From NCBI GenBank assembly GCA_032718475.1, contig JAUCBJ010002506.1, positions 91,440 to 155,439 of the forward strand: 64,000 nucleotides of DNA. Reading direction: 5' to 3'. The position numbers were made by a program, and so were the translations under genes. Source of the DNA: Nemertoderma westbladi (lineage: Eukaryota; Animalia; Xenacoelomorpha). Shown here in pieces: positions 23,903 through 35,361 of this stretch (the first letter of the stretch is position 1; each line of letters starts with the position of its first letter). Below the pieces are notes generated by a model. The model did not search any database. It was not told where the DNA came from and saw only the letters and a list, made by a program, of their open reading frames with translations.

Positions 23903-25759
23903 GTGAATAATTCGAACAACACTGATGCGAGTCCCTTAGTTTCCCCTCAGGTTCCAGTCTCGACTTCGGTCAACTTAGTGGGGATTCCCTCCAACCCCTT
24001 GAGTGTTGTGAACTCTGTCACACAGGACAACCCCCAGACGAAAACTGTGGAAACTCAAAACGGTAATATTGGTAATCAGGTAAAGTCGAGAATAGTAGAC
24101 GTGAACCCTGGAGATTCGGTAAGTCAAATAAACTCTCACCCCACGATCTCAGCCGTCTCCAGTTCTAAACTGAGTGGATTAGCTCGCGCTACTCGACTCA
24201 AACTTATGAAATATAAGGCACAAATGCAAACGTACCAACATTTAGACGAATTATCTAAGAGGAGTAAGCAGATTCAACGCGATGCAAAATGCAGAGAGCT
24301 AGAACTGGAGGCGGAATTTTACGCAAACGAAATTAATGAACAAAACCGAAACGGCGTTGTTACTGTATGTAGTGGTCCCACCCCTACTATACCAGTACCA
24401 ATTACTACCTTGTCCACCGACAATATCCCAACAACCACGCCTACTGTAACTCTACCATCCCCTTACCCCTGCACTACCCAGTCATTTCCCCCCTCGCTAC
24501 CCTCACAACCTATGACTGTGACGACACGTCCCAGCATCAACATCACCACCGCTATCCCAATAGTTTGCTCGACTAATCACCCCCCTGTCACTGCTCACAA
24601 AACCACGCAATCTGTGGTCCTCCCGCATACTGTGAGTTGTGTACCCGCATCCTTGCCATCAACTTTAAACCCTGATGTCGCACCCTTTAACCCCCCGACT
24701 GTAGAGTCATTGGCAACATTCCAACATCTACCATCTGTACCTACCAACCACTCGGCAGATCCATTGGTTAACTTTGGTAATATTTGCCCTTCTACTCTGT
24801 CAGCCCGACCTTTAAATAATCACACAAATCACCATCAATCATCTGCACAAACATTACCCAACCCTAACACCATCAGTAACCATCACACACTCTCATCCCA
24901 AACTCCCGTCCCCACTGTTCCTCAACATTCACTCGATTACAAATCTGACTCAACTATTCCTAATCCCCTTGCTGGTAGCCTCAACTCAGAACAATCTGCC
25001 CTCCTAAAGTTGACGTTACCCACATTGCAACCAACCAAATTCGACGGCAAGTTACTAGACTATGTCCAGTTTAAGCAGACATTCTACGACCTTATAGACT
25101 CTAAACCTATCCCTGACAATGAGAAACATATCTATCTTATACAGTTCACAGCTGGTGAACCCCGCCGCGTTGCCGAGTTATACCGCAGCTCAGACAATGG
25201 GTATACACTGGCTTGGGCCCAACTCGACAAGAGGTACGGACACCCCAGGGAAGTCTCGAGGTCTATCTTGAACCAGCTGACCCAGGGCCCTAGACTGAAC
25301 CTCACGGCAGCCGACTTATTAAAGTTTATCGACGATATATCGATTAGCCACGCCACCCTGGAATCCATTGGTAGTTCGACCCGGTTGAATGACCCCAGCA
25401 ATATGGATCTCTTAGCTTCCAGGCTGCCTATCGAACTGGTTAATCGCTGGACCCGTCACGCTACCAAACTTCATACCAACAAACGGGTGGAACCTCAGGT
25501 CTCTGATCTTGTCAACTTCCTAGACCAGGAAGTCAGCGTATTGAATTACTATGGCACTGGTAAACCAAAGACCCGACCCCCAGCTAGCTTTCCGGCACTC
25601 ACCTCAGCAGTACCAAAACAAGTTAGGACTACGTCTACAACCCCTCTTAGACCTAGCCTTCCTCCCAATGCTCCTCAGTTACCCATAGATGGTGCACAAA
25701 CCACCAGTGCCACCAGCCAGAATAGACTTCGCTGCATGTACTGTCGATGGAGGTCATAA
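23903..25759 (+). CDS. gag: BEL/Pao gag, middle segment (DUF1759/capsid-like) ending in the first half of zinc knuckle 1
   Basis: LPTLQPTKFDGKLLDYVQFKQTFYDLID, YLIQFTAGEP, AWAQLDKRYG, RLP..L..RW; ends in CMYC. Confidence 0.85.
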   Translation: MNNSNNTDASPLVSPQVPVSTSVNLVGIPSNPLSVVNSVTQDNPQTKTVETQNGNIGNQVKSRIVDVNPGDSVSQINSHPTISAVSSSKLSGLARATRLKLMKYKAQMQTYQHLDELSKRSKQIQRDAKCRELELEAEFYANEINEQNRNGVVTVCSGPTPTIPVPITTLSTDNIPTTTPTVTLPSPYPCTTQSFPPSLPSQPMTVTTRPSINITTAIPIVCSTNHPPVTAHKTTQSVVLPHTVSCVPASLPSTLNPDVAPFNPPTVESLATFQHLPSVPTNHSADPLVNFGNICPSTLSARPLNNHTNHHQSSAQTLPNPNTISNHHTLSSQTPVPTVPQHSLDYKSDSTIPNPLAGSLNSEQSALLKLTLPTLQPTKFDGKLLDYVQFKQTFYDLIDSKPIPDNEKHIYLIQFTAGEPRRVAELYRSSDNGYTLAWAQLDKRYGHPREVSRSILNQLTQGPRLNLTAADLLKFIDDISISHATLESIGSSTRLNDPSNMDLLASRLPIELVNRWTRHATKLHTNKRVEPQVSDLVNFLDQEVSVLNYYGTGKPKTRPPASFPALTSAVPKQVRTTSTTPLRPSLPPNAPQLPIDGAQTTSATSQNRLRCMYCRWRS

Positions 25760-28700
25760 AATCTATGGCTGTGATTCCTTCCTAAGCCTCACATATCATG
25801 ATAAAGATAACTTCGTTGCAAATTATCCTTCCCATGACATGTGCCGCAACTGCCTTGGACGAGGCCATTTGACCGCTGACTGCTTGTCTAAATATACATG
25901 CAAGACGTGCAAGTCGAACAAACATCATTCACTATTGCATCCCCCCAATGCGCCATTTACTAGAATTCCTCACTCATCCGCTACCACACCCACACCCATG
26001 CCTCGCTCCACTGCGTCAGCCCCTAACAAACACGTGACAAGTAATCCCCCTATGTCTTCACGAAATACCTGTCTTCACAGATTTCAAAAGAGAAATACTG
26101 TTCTACAGACAGTCCCTGTTCGTCTCACTTCAGATCATACTACAATGTCTCTTACAACATACGCGTTGATTGACCCAGGCTCTGACCAATCAATACTCGA
26201 TGACCGAAACTTGCCCCCATTAGGTCTCCATTGCACTCAGTATAGGACCATCCCAATTAGTACCTGTCTAGACAAAGAGAGACTCATAGAAGTCGGCGCT
26301 ATCAAGTGCAATGTATCTCCTGTCAGCAGTAATGGGACCCCTACACTAGTGAATGTCACTTTCGATGTCATCAAAGGGTTTAGAGACAACTTCGTAACCC
26401 CAAGGCGTTGGAATATCAGAGAATGGCCCCACTTAGCTGACTTAGACTTGAGTCATCCCCCTTTAGACATCCCTCAAGTGACAGTCTTGTTGGGACAGGA
26501 TGCCCCAGTCGCCTTGATGCAACTTCAATCTCGCTGGGGCCCGAACCCCCAGACTCATCCGTACGCTGTTGAAACTCCGTTTGGATGGTCAGTCTGTGGC
26601 CCTAATCTTGCCCCAGACGATGACCTTGACATTTATCCCACCTCACAAATACATTGTACCCTATCTGACGTTAACGACTTGGATACACTCAATGACCGAC
26701 ATTCTCCCCCTGAACGAACTGCAGCTACTTTTGACCCTGGTTCCGATTCAAACTCTGAAGTGACCCAGAACCCACACCCGACAATGACTACATTGGTTCC
26801 ATTCAGTCCCAAGACATCATCCAAACAATCTCAACATCCTAACATTTCATATTTAAACGACCTAGAACAGAACCTTAGACGATTCTGGGAGATGGAAGTA
26901 CATTCGTCTTCCTTAGGAAAGGAAATGTCCCCCTTAAACCTTCGATCCCAATCCATACTGCAGGCCATGCGCCTTAAACCCAACGGACATTACTCACTAG
27001 GTCTCCTGTGGAAACGAGACGATGTAACGCTCCCATGTAATAAATTATACGCACAACGTTGTTTAGTTTGGTTGGGGAAACGTCTCAGGAAGAAACCGGA
27101 AGTTCTAACTCTCTATACCACTCAGGTTGAAGACTATATATCACAGGGATACGCTAGGAAACTCACCCCATCTGAGATTGACTCGCATGGCCCTCGTTCT
27201 TGGTACCTGCCGCACCATTACGTTCTATATCCCAAGAAACCCAACAAGATTAGAGTTGTGTTCAACGCAGCTGCACCCTACTTTGGCACTTCTCTGAATG
27301 CCAACCTAATCAACGGACCCGACCAATCCAACCTACTGTCTGGAATACTTTGCAAATTCCGTCGCCATGCTGTAGCATTCTCGTGCGATATAAAATCTAT
27401 GTTCCACCAGGTCGAAGTCAACCCGGAAGATAGGGACTCCTTACGATTCCTGTGGTGGGAGAATGGCGACATGGATCGCAGTCCTACAGAATATTGGATG
27501 GAAGTCCATATCTTTGGAGCAGGGGACTCCCCAACTATCGCTCTCACAGCTCTGCGAAGGACAGGTTCCGACAACGCACACCGATACCCTCCAAGAGTCA
27601 ATGAAACAATTCAAAACGAGTTTTATTACGATGATGGTATGTCTGGTGCTCAAACCCCATTAGAAGCTGTAGATCTCGCTAAAAGTTTGATCGAATGTTT
27701 ATCGCTTGGGGGATTTCACCTCACCAAGTTTCATTCCAACAATTCCGAATTTCTCAAGTCATTAGACCCAACCTACCTTGCCATCCCGACTCATACCACT
27801 CGTGACTCTGACATACAGACAGCTATCACCACAGCCCTTGGACTTGTTTGGGACACTGTGAATGACACGCTATCGATTGACATACGGCTGAAGGACACAC
27901 CGTCCACCAAGCGAGGTGTCCTATCTCTAGTCAGTTCTCTATTCGACCCTCTGAGTTTCTTGGGCCCTGTTACCCTCTTACTGCGTATCCTGCTGCAGGA
28001 TATATGGCGCCATAAACTTGGCTGGGATGACCCTATTCCACTACCACTAGAGACCCGATTGAACGAGTGGAAATTACAACTCACGCTACTGGTCGACTTC
28101 TGCATACCCCGGACTTACACCCCTATTCCTTTACCTGACAACATTTACGACATTCATTCCTTTTCGGACGCCAGCGACAAAGGGTATGGTATGGTGAGTT
28201 ACCTTCGTACAACCACACCCGATGGCGCCATTACCACTGGCTTCTTGATTGCCAAGGCCCGTAGTGCCCCCCTCAGATATATCTCTATCCCCAGGCTTGA
28301 ATTACAAGCAGCACATCTTTCCGTCGACTTGACTGTACAAGTTCGGCAAGAACTTGACATGCCCATCCGCTCTATGACATTCTGGACTGACTCAACTGTT
28401 ACTTTAGGTTACTTGAGAAATGAATCCCGTCGCTTTAAGCCTTACGTAGCCAATCGAGTCAGCCTTATTCATGGTCATACCACTGTGGATCAGTGGCATC
28501 ATTGCCCGGGGAATCTTAACCCCGCTGACTATGCGAGTCGTGGGTTATTGCCTCAGAGATTCCTACAAACGGAACAATGGATTCGGGGCCCAGACTTTCT
28601 GTCTCTTACTCCAGAATACTGGCCGGTCTCGCACAACGCGCCTTATACATTACCCTCCGACGATCCCGAGCTTAAGTCTGACACCCGAGTCTATGCTATG

Positions 28701-30281
28701 AACACCATGGCCCCTTTGCCCCCTACAGACAAACTTATACAGCACTATTATAAGTCATACAGACTCATACGCGGTGTGTCTTGGTTCATTCGTTTCTTTG
28801 AATACCTAAGACATAAACGTGGTCCTCTACAACCCGGTAGTCCTCGTAAGTTGACCTCATCGGAGCTCGTCACTGCCAAACAGCGCATTGAACAGTACGT
28901 TCAACGAGTTGGCTTCCCAGGTGAGTATACAGCTCTAAAGTCTGGATCTCCAATCCCCAAGGTGAGTACAATCCGGAAACTATCTCCCTTTTTAGACGAA
29001 GACGACGGATATCTGAGACTAGGGAGCCGCGTTGCACGAGCACCCACGTCCTACGATGCGCGCTTTCCTATCCTTATACCGAAGAATTGTCACTATGCCA
29101 GGCTCTTGATACACGATGTACACATCAGACTTCGCCATGCTGGACAAAGTCACAGTCTGGCATTCCTTAGAGAGCGTTATTGGATCATTAATGCAAGATC
29201 GTTGATACGAACCATGCTTAGTGCTTGCATTGCTTGCAAGAGATTGCATTCTCGCACGATGACCCAGATAATGGCCGATTTACCTGAGTCACGACTCACT
29301 CCATATAAACCTGTTTTTGCTTTTACAGGTATGGACCTATTTGGCCCTTTTCTCTTTAAGAGAATGAGGTCCTTGATTACACGATATGGCATTATATTCA
29401 TTTGTTTTAATTCTAGGGCGATTGCACTGGATATGGTAGAGGACCTCTCAACAGACCGTTTTATCAACGCATTACGACGTTTCATCGCCACAAGGGGAAC
29501 CCCTCAACACCTCTATTGCGACAACGGAACGAACTTTGTCGGCGCCGAATCCGAGCTCAAAGAATCCCTCGCTCGAGTTGACCAAGACAAAGTGACTTCA
29601 CACTTGAGAACATTGGACTGCACCTGGCATTTTCAGACACCGCTTGCCCCCCATACCTCTGGAGTATGGGAACGCCTCATTCGTAGCGTTAAGGACTCTC
29701 TATACGCCACCATCAAGGACTCAACCCGTATCAACGAGGACACCTTTCGTACCGTGCTGGCCGAGGTAGAAGGAATCCTCAACTCGCGTCCACTGACCCC
29801 GGTTACCGACGATCCGACCGCCGACCAACCGATTACTCCTCGGCACTTCCTCCTCAGGAACCCTGTCCAACTATCCCCACCAGGGAAGTTTGACCGTAAA
29901 GACGAACTCGGCCGCAAATCCTGGCGACAGGCACAGGGCCTGTCTGATCGTTTCTGGGACATATGGATTCGGGAATATATCCCTACGCTCCACAAACGTT
30001 CCAAGTGGACCGCGCCCCAGAGGAACCTCAAGGTGGACGATGTCGTGATCATTACAGATGAGAAACTCCCTAGAAACTCGTGGAGAATCGGACGAGTTTC
30101 TGAGGTTCGGCCCGGTAAAGATGGACGAGTTCGCACTGTTCGCGTCGCCTACGATAAGTCTGACCTCCTCCGTCCCGTTAGTAAACTTTGTCTGTTGGAG
30201 GGATCCGATCCCGATGAGATCCTCTCGTATTGGGGACGTACACCTGAGGACGACGGAAACGGACTGAAGAACTCCGATTGA
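25689..30281 (+). CDS. pol: BEL/Pao Gag C-terminus plus Pol polyprotein (zinc knuckles, aspartic protease, RT, RNase H, integrase); real frame entry near 25746
   Basis: CRNCLGRGHLTADC, CKTCKSNKHHSLLH; YALIDPGSDQS; YLPHH..KIRVVFNA, DIKSMFHQV, FYYDD; FSDAS, IPRLEL, WTDS, NPAD; HHCC plus DLFGP, DNGTNFVGA, WERLIRSVK. Confidence 0.97.
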   Translation: MVHKPPVPPARIDFAACTVDGGHKIYGCDSFLSLTYHDKDNFVANYPSHDMCRNCLGRGHLTADCLSKYTCKTCKSNKHHSLLHPPNAPFTRIPHSSATTPTPMPRSTASAPNKHVTSNPPMSSRNTCLHRFQKRNTVLQTVPVRLTSDHTTMSLTTYALIDPGSDQSILDDRNLPPLGLHCTQYRTIPISTCLDKERLIEVGAIKCNVSPVSSNGTPTLVNVTFDVIKGFRDNFVTPRRWNIREWPHLADLDLSHPPLDIPQVTVLLGQDAPVALMQLQSRWGPNPQTHPYAVETPFGWSVCGPNLAPDDDLDIYPTSQIHCTLSDVNDLDTLNDRHSPPERTAATFDPGSDSNSEVTQNPHPTMTTLVPFSPKTSSKQSQHPNISYLNDLEQNLRRFWEMEVHSSSLGKEMSPLNLRSQSILQAMRLKPNGHYSLGLLWKRDDVTLPCNKLYAQRCLVWLGKRLRKKPEVLTLYTTQVEDYISQGYARKLTPSEIDSHGPRSWYLPHHYVLYPKKPNKIRVVFNAAAPYFGTSLNANLINGPDQSNLLSGILCKFRRHAVAFSCDIKSMFHQVEVNPEDRDSLRFLWWENGDMDRSPTEYWMEVHIFGAGDSPTIALTALRRTGSDNAHRYPPRVNETIQNEFYYDDGMSGAQTPLEAVDLAKSLIECLSLGGFHLTKFHSNNSEFLKSLDPTYLAIPTHTTRDSDIQTAITTALGLVWDTVNDTLSIDIRLKDTPSTKRGVLSLVSSLFDPLSFLGPVTLLLRILLQDIWRHKLGWDDPIPLPLETRLNEWKLQLTLLVDFCIPRTYTPIPLPDNIYDIHSFSDASDKGYGMVSYLRTTTPDGAITTGFLIAKARSAPLRYISIPRLELQAAHLSVDLTVQVRQELDMPIRSMTFWTDSTVTLGYLRNESRRFKPYVANRVSLIHGHTTVDQWHHCPGNLNPADYASRGLLPQRFLQTEQWIRGPDFLSLTPEYWPVSHNAPYTLPSDDPELKSDTRVYAMNTMAPLPPTDKLIQHYYKSYRLIRGVSWFIRFFEYLRHKRGPLQPGSPRKLTSSELVTAKQRIEQYVQRVGFPGEYTALKSGSPIPKVSTIRKLSPFLDEDDGYLRLGSRVARAPTSYDARFPILIPKNCHYARLLIHDVHIRLRHAGQSHSLAFLRERYWIINARSLIRTMLSACIACKRLHSRTMTQIMADLPESRLTPYKPVFAFTGMDLFGPFLFKRMRSLITRYGIIFICFNSRAIALDMVEDLSTDRFINALRRFIATRGTPQHLYCDNGTNFVGAESELKESLARVDQDKVTSHLRTLDCTWHFQTPLAPHTSGVWERLIRSVKDSLYATIKDSTRINEDTFRTVLAEVEGILNSRPLTPVTDDPTADQPITPRHFLLRNPVQLSPPGKFDRKDELGRKSWRQAQGLSDRFWDIWIREYIPTLHKRSKWTAPQRNLKVDDVVIITDEKLPRNSWRIGRVSEVRPGKDGRVRTVRVAYDKSDLLRPVSKLCLLEGSDPDEILSYWGRTPEDDGNGLKNSD

Positions 30282-30513
30282 ACACAAACTCAATGTAACA
30301 TTGTTTCGAACTCAAATTCGATGTCGCGTCGCCTCGAACATGGAACTCTCTCATTATCTCACACGTACTAACTCGTTGTTGATATTAACCCTTTAGTATG
30401 GTGGCGGTTGAGTATTTCCTTGGTTATACGTAGACTTGTACACCCTATCACTATCTATATCGCGTTGGTTTTCCTATGTCTCATTTTGGCACTCCCTGCC
30501 AAGAGGGGCGGTG

Positions 30514-32257
30514 TGTCAACCAACGCTCTAACATTTCCTTTAACATTCACTTTATATCACTCGATTTACTTTACCTCACTCGCTTTACCCGCCTTTAATC
30601 GATTTCTCTCTCTCTCTCTCTCTCACTCACTCTCTCTCTCACTCTGTGTTAATTACTTTCACTTTCTTACCAACTCCACACGTGAGTTGATTGTGGTAGT
30701 ACTTGACCTCACCCTCTCAATTACTTTCACTTTCTTACTAACTCCACACGTGAGTTGATTGTGGTAGTACTTGACCTCACCCTCTCAATTACTTTCACTT
30801 TCTTACTAACTCCGATCGCGAGTTGTTAGTGCTAGTACTTGACCTCACCCTCTCAATTACTTTCACTTTCTTACTAACTCCACACGTGAGTTGATTGTGC
30901 TAGTACTTGACCTCACCCTCTCAATTACTTTCACTTTCTTACTAACTCCACACGTGAGTTGATTGTGCTAGTACTTGACCTCACCCTCTCAATTACTTTC
31001 ACTTTCTTCTAACTCTACACGTGAGTTGATTGTGTTAGTACTTGACGCCCTGTCCTCTCTTATTTTCGCCTCAGTTATGTATTTATCGTTTTGTCCCAAA
31101 ATTGTAATACTCACTTCGTCCCCAAATTATGTCATTGTTGTCGCCGGTATTTTAATCAAAAGGTTCGCATGTTTGCATACTTGTACACACACATATCGAA
31201 AAACTAGGCTTTCATTCCCGTAGATTGACCAGTCTATCTATAGCAGAAACTAACAAAATTCCTTGACTTGGTGCGGCACCCTCAATATAATCTGACCATT
31301 TAAATCATCAAAATACGTACGACACACCCATCCATCTTACTAACATGATCATTTCGTACAGTACGTGGACTCGGGTTACAGCGGGATTCCACATTTCATT
31401 CATATAATAAACCCCCCAAGTCTTGTCTTACTAACATGATCATTTTGTACAGTACGTGGACTCGGGTTACAGCGGGATTCCACATTTCATTCATATAATA
31501 AACCCCCCCTCAGTCCCACTAACATTATCAAGTACTGTAAGTGGCCCCAGGTGAAAGCGGGATGCCACATGTTCATTCATATAACCACCCCCCTCTCGAT
31601 ATATTATACTGACATTATATTATATAATTAATAATAATAACCCTTCACAACGCCCATCAACCTCAAACAGAATTATTGAATCTCTGCACATTCATTGGTC
31701 GAATCTACTAATTTGTTAGCCCTAGTATGCCTGTCATGTGTTACATCAATGCAAACCTCATGTTTTAGGCCTGACCCCCTCCATTCAGCATCTTGACCTC
31801 CTGTTATCACCTCGCGATGTAATAATTTACCATTATATACTTCATTCTGACCAATTTCGTCAGTCTTCCTATTTTCTCCACCGGTTGTCACAAATTGTTT
31901 TTTACCGCTCGCTCGCTCGCTCGCTCGCTCGCTCGCTCGCTCACTCCCCGTCCGCTCGCTTGCTCGCCTTTTCATTTGTCCCATTTCATTTACTTTGATA
32001 ACACTTTATTTCTGCTGATATTTGTAACCACATATACTCGAAGTAAATGTTTCATTCATTTCCCCTCCCCTTATTTTATCAACATTTTTACTACGTTATC
32101 GAAATATATTATGTTATTTATTAGTGCTTTTATTGTCCTCATTTCATTATCATAACTGCCCGTGATTTGTAAATACAAAACGATTGAATGCGAGCGCGTT
32201 AATAAAGAAACTCAATTTTGCAACCGAAACCTCCCTTGAGTGTCCCAATGATAGACA
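30514..32257 (+). repeat. 3' LTR (1744 bp) containing 6 units of the 68-bp repeat
   Basis: Same TG...CA termini as the 5' LTR. Confidence 0.95.
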
Positions 32258-33949
32258 CGGGGGCATATGGCAGTGCGGGAAGGAGTCTCCATAGGATAGT
32301 ATAGGCGTCGTGATGCATTGGGCAGGAACTTCCAGACTGTAGCGAGAATGATGAGTTACCCACAAACAGAATTATACTGGGATAAAGCTGTATGATGCCG
32401 CTGGCTACTGGTCCCTCATAAAAGCCAGCTTCCCAAACTCAAAGCATATTTATTACCAGTAACCACACCAACTGGACCACACACACTCACTCTCACTCCA
32501 AACTATATATAATATGCCCAAGGGCAGCCATTGGCCGTGGAGAATTAGAAGGGAGGGCACACAAGCAGAGATACCATCTCGCAGAGATATAAGCACTGTA
32601 CTGTGTAAGGTTGGGCAATCCGTCAATGCAACGGTTGCATAGCAACCGGTACAGCAGTAGCACACTGCCGCCAACAAGCAGAGAGGGTAAAGGGGTGGAT
32701 AGGGAGTGATTCACTATGATTACATCACGCAAGGCATTAGATGTCAAATTATAAAACGAGAGAGGTTAATAAACTGGAGGGCCTTATTTTAGGAAGTACT
32801 TGAGGGTTTACGATTACTTAATGTCAAATAGTTGTCGGCATATTGGCTACATTTGTAAATACGAATTATATTATTTATATAAAATCTCAATTAATTATTA
32901 ATAGCGCAGGAAATAGATGGCTGCATTAGCCCCAAATATAAATAATATTAAACAATAGGTTCATTGCTTAGTAATTGCATATCTTAAAATTATACTAAAA
33001 TTATCCAATTAATTAAATTATGATACGGATCGGTTTTACACGGCCCGGGCCCGTTAATTTAAATTTTTCTAAACATTACAGCACAAAATAAAATTTTAAC
33101 TTTTCTGATCAATTTACATAGGCCTATTGTACACTGATTCCAAATATTATATCTGTTTGTCATCGTGGAAAGTTCTGGTTGTTTGTGAATTAGACAAAGA
33201 CACACGGTAGACACACGTCGTTAAACAAAGACACAAATAAATCATGAAACAACCCTAGTTACAGGAAAATTATATATATATATTTGATTAAATTTTGTCA
33301 TAAACGTGATAAAAAGTGCAACACAAATGTTCATATTTTTGTGTTTTGTTAACTGGATAATATAAATTCAACAATAGCGGGCTTTCCAATATTTAGAATG
33401 CGGCCCAAGCACGGCCCGGCCCGACCCGGCCTGTGTCCTGGGCTCGAAACCGGTTCCTCTTTAACCACTCACTATACATCTGTACTGTACATACAGGCCT
33501 AGCCTATACAGATATTCTTTTTCTTTGAGGCATAATTAACATTCTTACAGGTAGAGCAACGGTAGGAATTGTAGGTCGAGCAATGGAAGGTGACGCATTG
33601 GCGCCATTACTATTCGTTACCAACTATGGAGAATCTGGAGAACTATGGAAGGATCCCATTTCCACTGTCCGAGCTCGCTCGACGTCGACATAGTAGTAGT
33701 AGTAATGGAAGGAATAGTCTTTTACTTTCCTTTCCATTCAGTTTCCCTAGATATATGGTTCGAGCCCCATAATGGCCGGATATTTGATACATCACTGCAC
33801 TAACCATGGAAACTAAATAAGATTATTTGATTGATTAATATAGGCCTACAAATTTATTATTACCGGTAGATTAATATATTTTCACTATTTCCATTTATTG
33901 CTTTCTATTGATATATTAATTACAATATTCCAACACCATACCGGACACT

Positions 33950-35216
33950 GGTAGCTCAGATTCACTGTCCTTAGTTCCAATTTAAACCTCATGCGATTTT
34001 AGTTCCAATGGAAAGGAATTTAGTTCCAATGGAAAGGAACTTAGTTCCAATGGAAAGGAACTTAGTTCCAATGTTTCAAGTATGGGGCGAGCCATGTAGT
34101 TGGCGAATAATCTGTTGAATGCCCCTATTAGGGGGATGGAATAAACATGTAGCACGTGTTTACGGTAACCGAAACAATTCATAAAACGCCCAACCTCCTA
34201 ACCAAACAACGCCCAACCTCATAACCCAAACCACGCCCAACCTCCTAACCAAAAACGCCCAACCTCCTAACCCAATGAACGCCCAACATCCTAAACCATA
34301 CAACGCCCATCCTCCTAAACCATACAACGCCCAACCTCCTAACCAAAACACCGCCCAACCTCCTAACCCAAACAACGCCCATCTTCCTATACCATACAAC
34401 GCCCAACCTCCTAACCCAAACACCGCCCAATCTCCTAACCCAAACAACGCCCAACCTCCTAACCCAAACAACGCCCAACCTCCTAACCAAAAACGCCCAA
34501 CCTCCTAACCCAAACAATGCCCAACCTCTAACTCAAACAACGCCCAACCTCCTAACCCAAAACGCCCAACCTCCTAACCCAAAACGCCCAACCTCCTAAC
34601 CAAAAACGCCCAACCTCCTAACCCAAACAACGCCCAACCTCCTAACCCAAACACCGCCCAACCTCCTAACCCAAACAACGCTAACCTCCTAACCCAAACA
34701 ACGCCCAACCTCCTAACCCAAACAACGCCCAACCTCCTAACCCAAACAACGCCCAGCCTCCAAACCCAAACAACGCCCAACCTCATAACCTAAACAACGC
34801 CCAGCCACCACACCCAAACAACGCCAAACCTCAGAACCCAAGCAATGGCCAACCTCCTAACCCAAACAACGCCCAACCTCCTAACCCAAACAACGCCTTA
34901 CCTCTTAACCTAAACATCGCCCAACCTCCTAACCCAAACAACGCCCAACCTCCAAACCCAAATAATGCCCAACCTCTTAACAAAAATGTATAATTATATT
35001 TTTAATTTGTTAATAATAATTCGTTTTTACAAAATGACAGAAGGGTTTTACAACTATTTACAATAATTATTATTGACCCTTTAGTGGCATTACGCAAAGG
35101 GTCCTACTACTGGGCTCGCCCCACACCTGAAACATTGGAACTAAATTCGTTTTGATATTCTGAAAATTTATTTCGGAACTAAATTCGTTTCAATTGGAAC
35201 TAAGTTGGTGCTACCG
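33950..35216. mobile_element. Foldback element (copy B), same family as 4430-5941
   Basis: Short TTAGTTCCAAT arrays at both ends in inverted orientation; GGTAGC...GCTACC termini; shared internal blocks such as AATGACAGAAGGGTTTTACAA. Confidence 0.8.
34183..34982 (+). repeat. ~24-bp minisatellite (CAACGCCCAACCTCCTAACCCAAA)n
   Basis: About 30 or more direct units; G-rich opposite strand. Confidence 0.95.
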
Positions 35217-35361
35217 TGTAGGCTAGATGTCTCGAGTCTCTCTAGCCAATACAAAAGTTACATTATCATATATTTATACTATTCAGTAAATTAATAATAA
35301 TTGTTTACCATTTTAACGTGCTTTCATATTGAATAGTTATATATATAGATTATCTATCATC

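Larger units (their letters stand above)
20151..32257 (+). mobile_element. Full-length BEL/Pao (Belpaoviridae) LTR retrotransposon
   Basis: Two TG...CA LTRs, gag-PR-RT-RH-IN domain order, polypurine-like tract AAGAGGGGCGGTG just before the 3' LTR. Confidence 0.97.

Noticed and set aside
32258-32750. Coding-like GC-richer segment after the 3' LTR (also 19040-19200 and 49940-50330)
   Set aside because: Stops in all frames tried and no recognisable motif; may be decayed gene or transposase relics but cannot be supported without a search.
34160-34982. Telomeric array, or circumsporozoite-like NAQPPNP ORFs
   Set aside because: CCTAACCC is only part of a 24-bp unit inside a foldback element; the ORFs are short by-products.
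35329-35361. ORF-track start of the Ig-like gene
   Set aside because: Non-ATG start in AT-rich, intron-like sequence; the ATG at 35362 gives a proper signal peptide.
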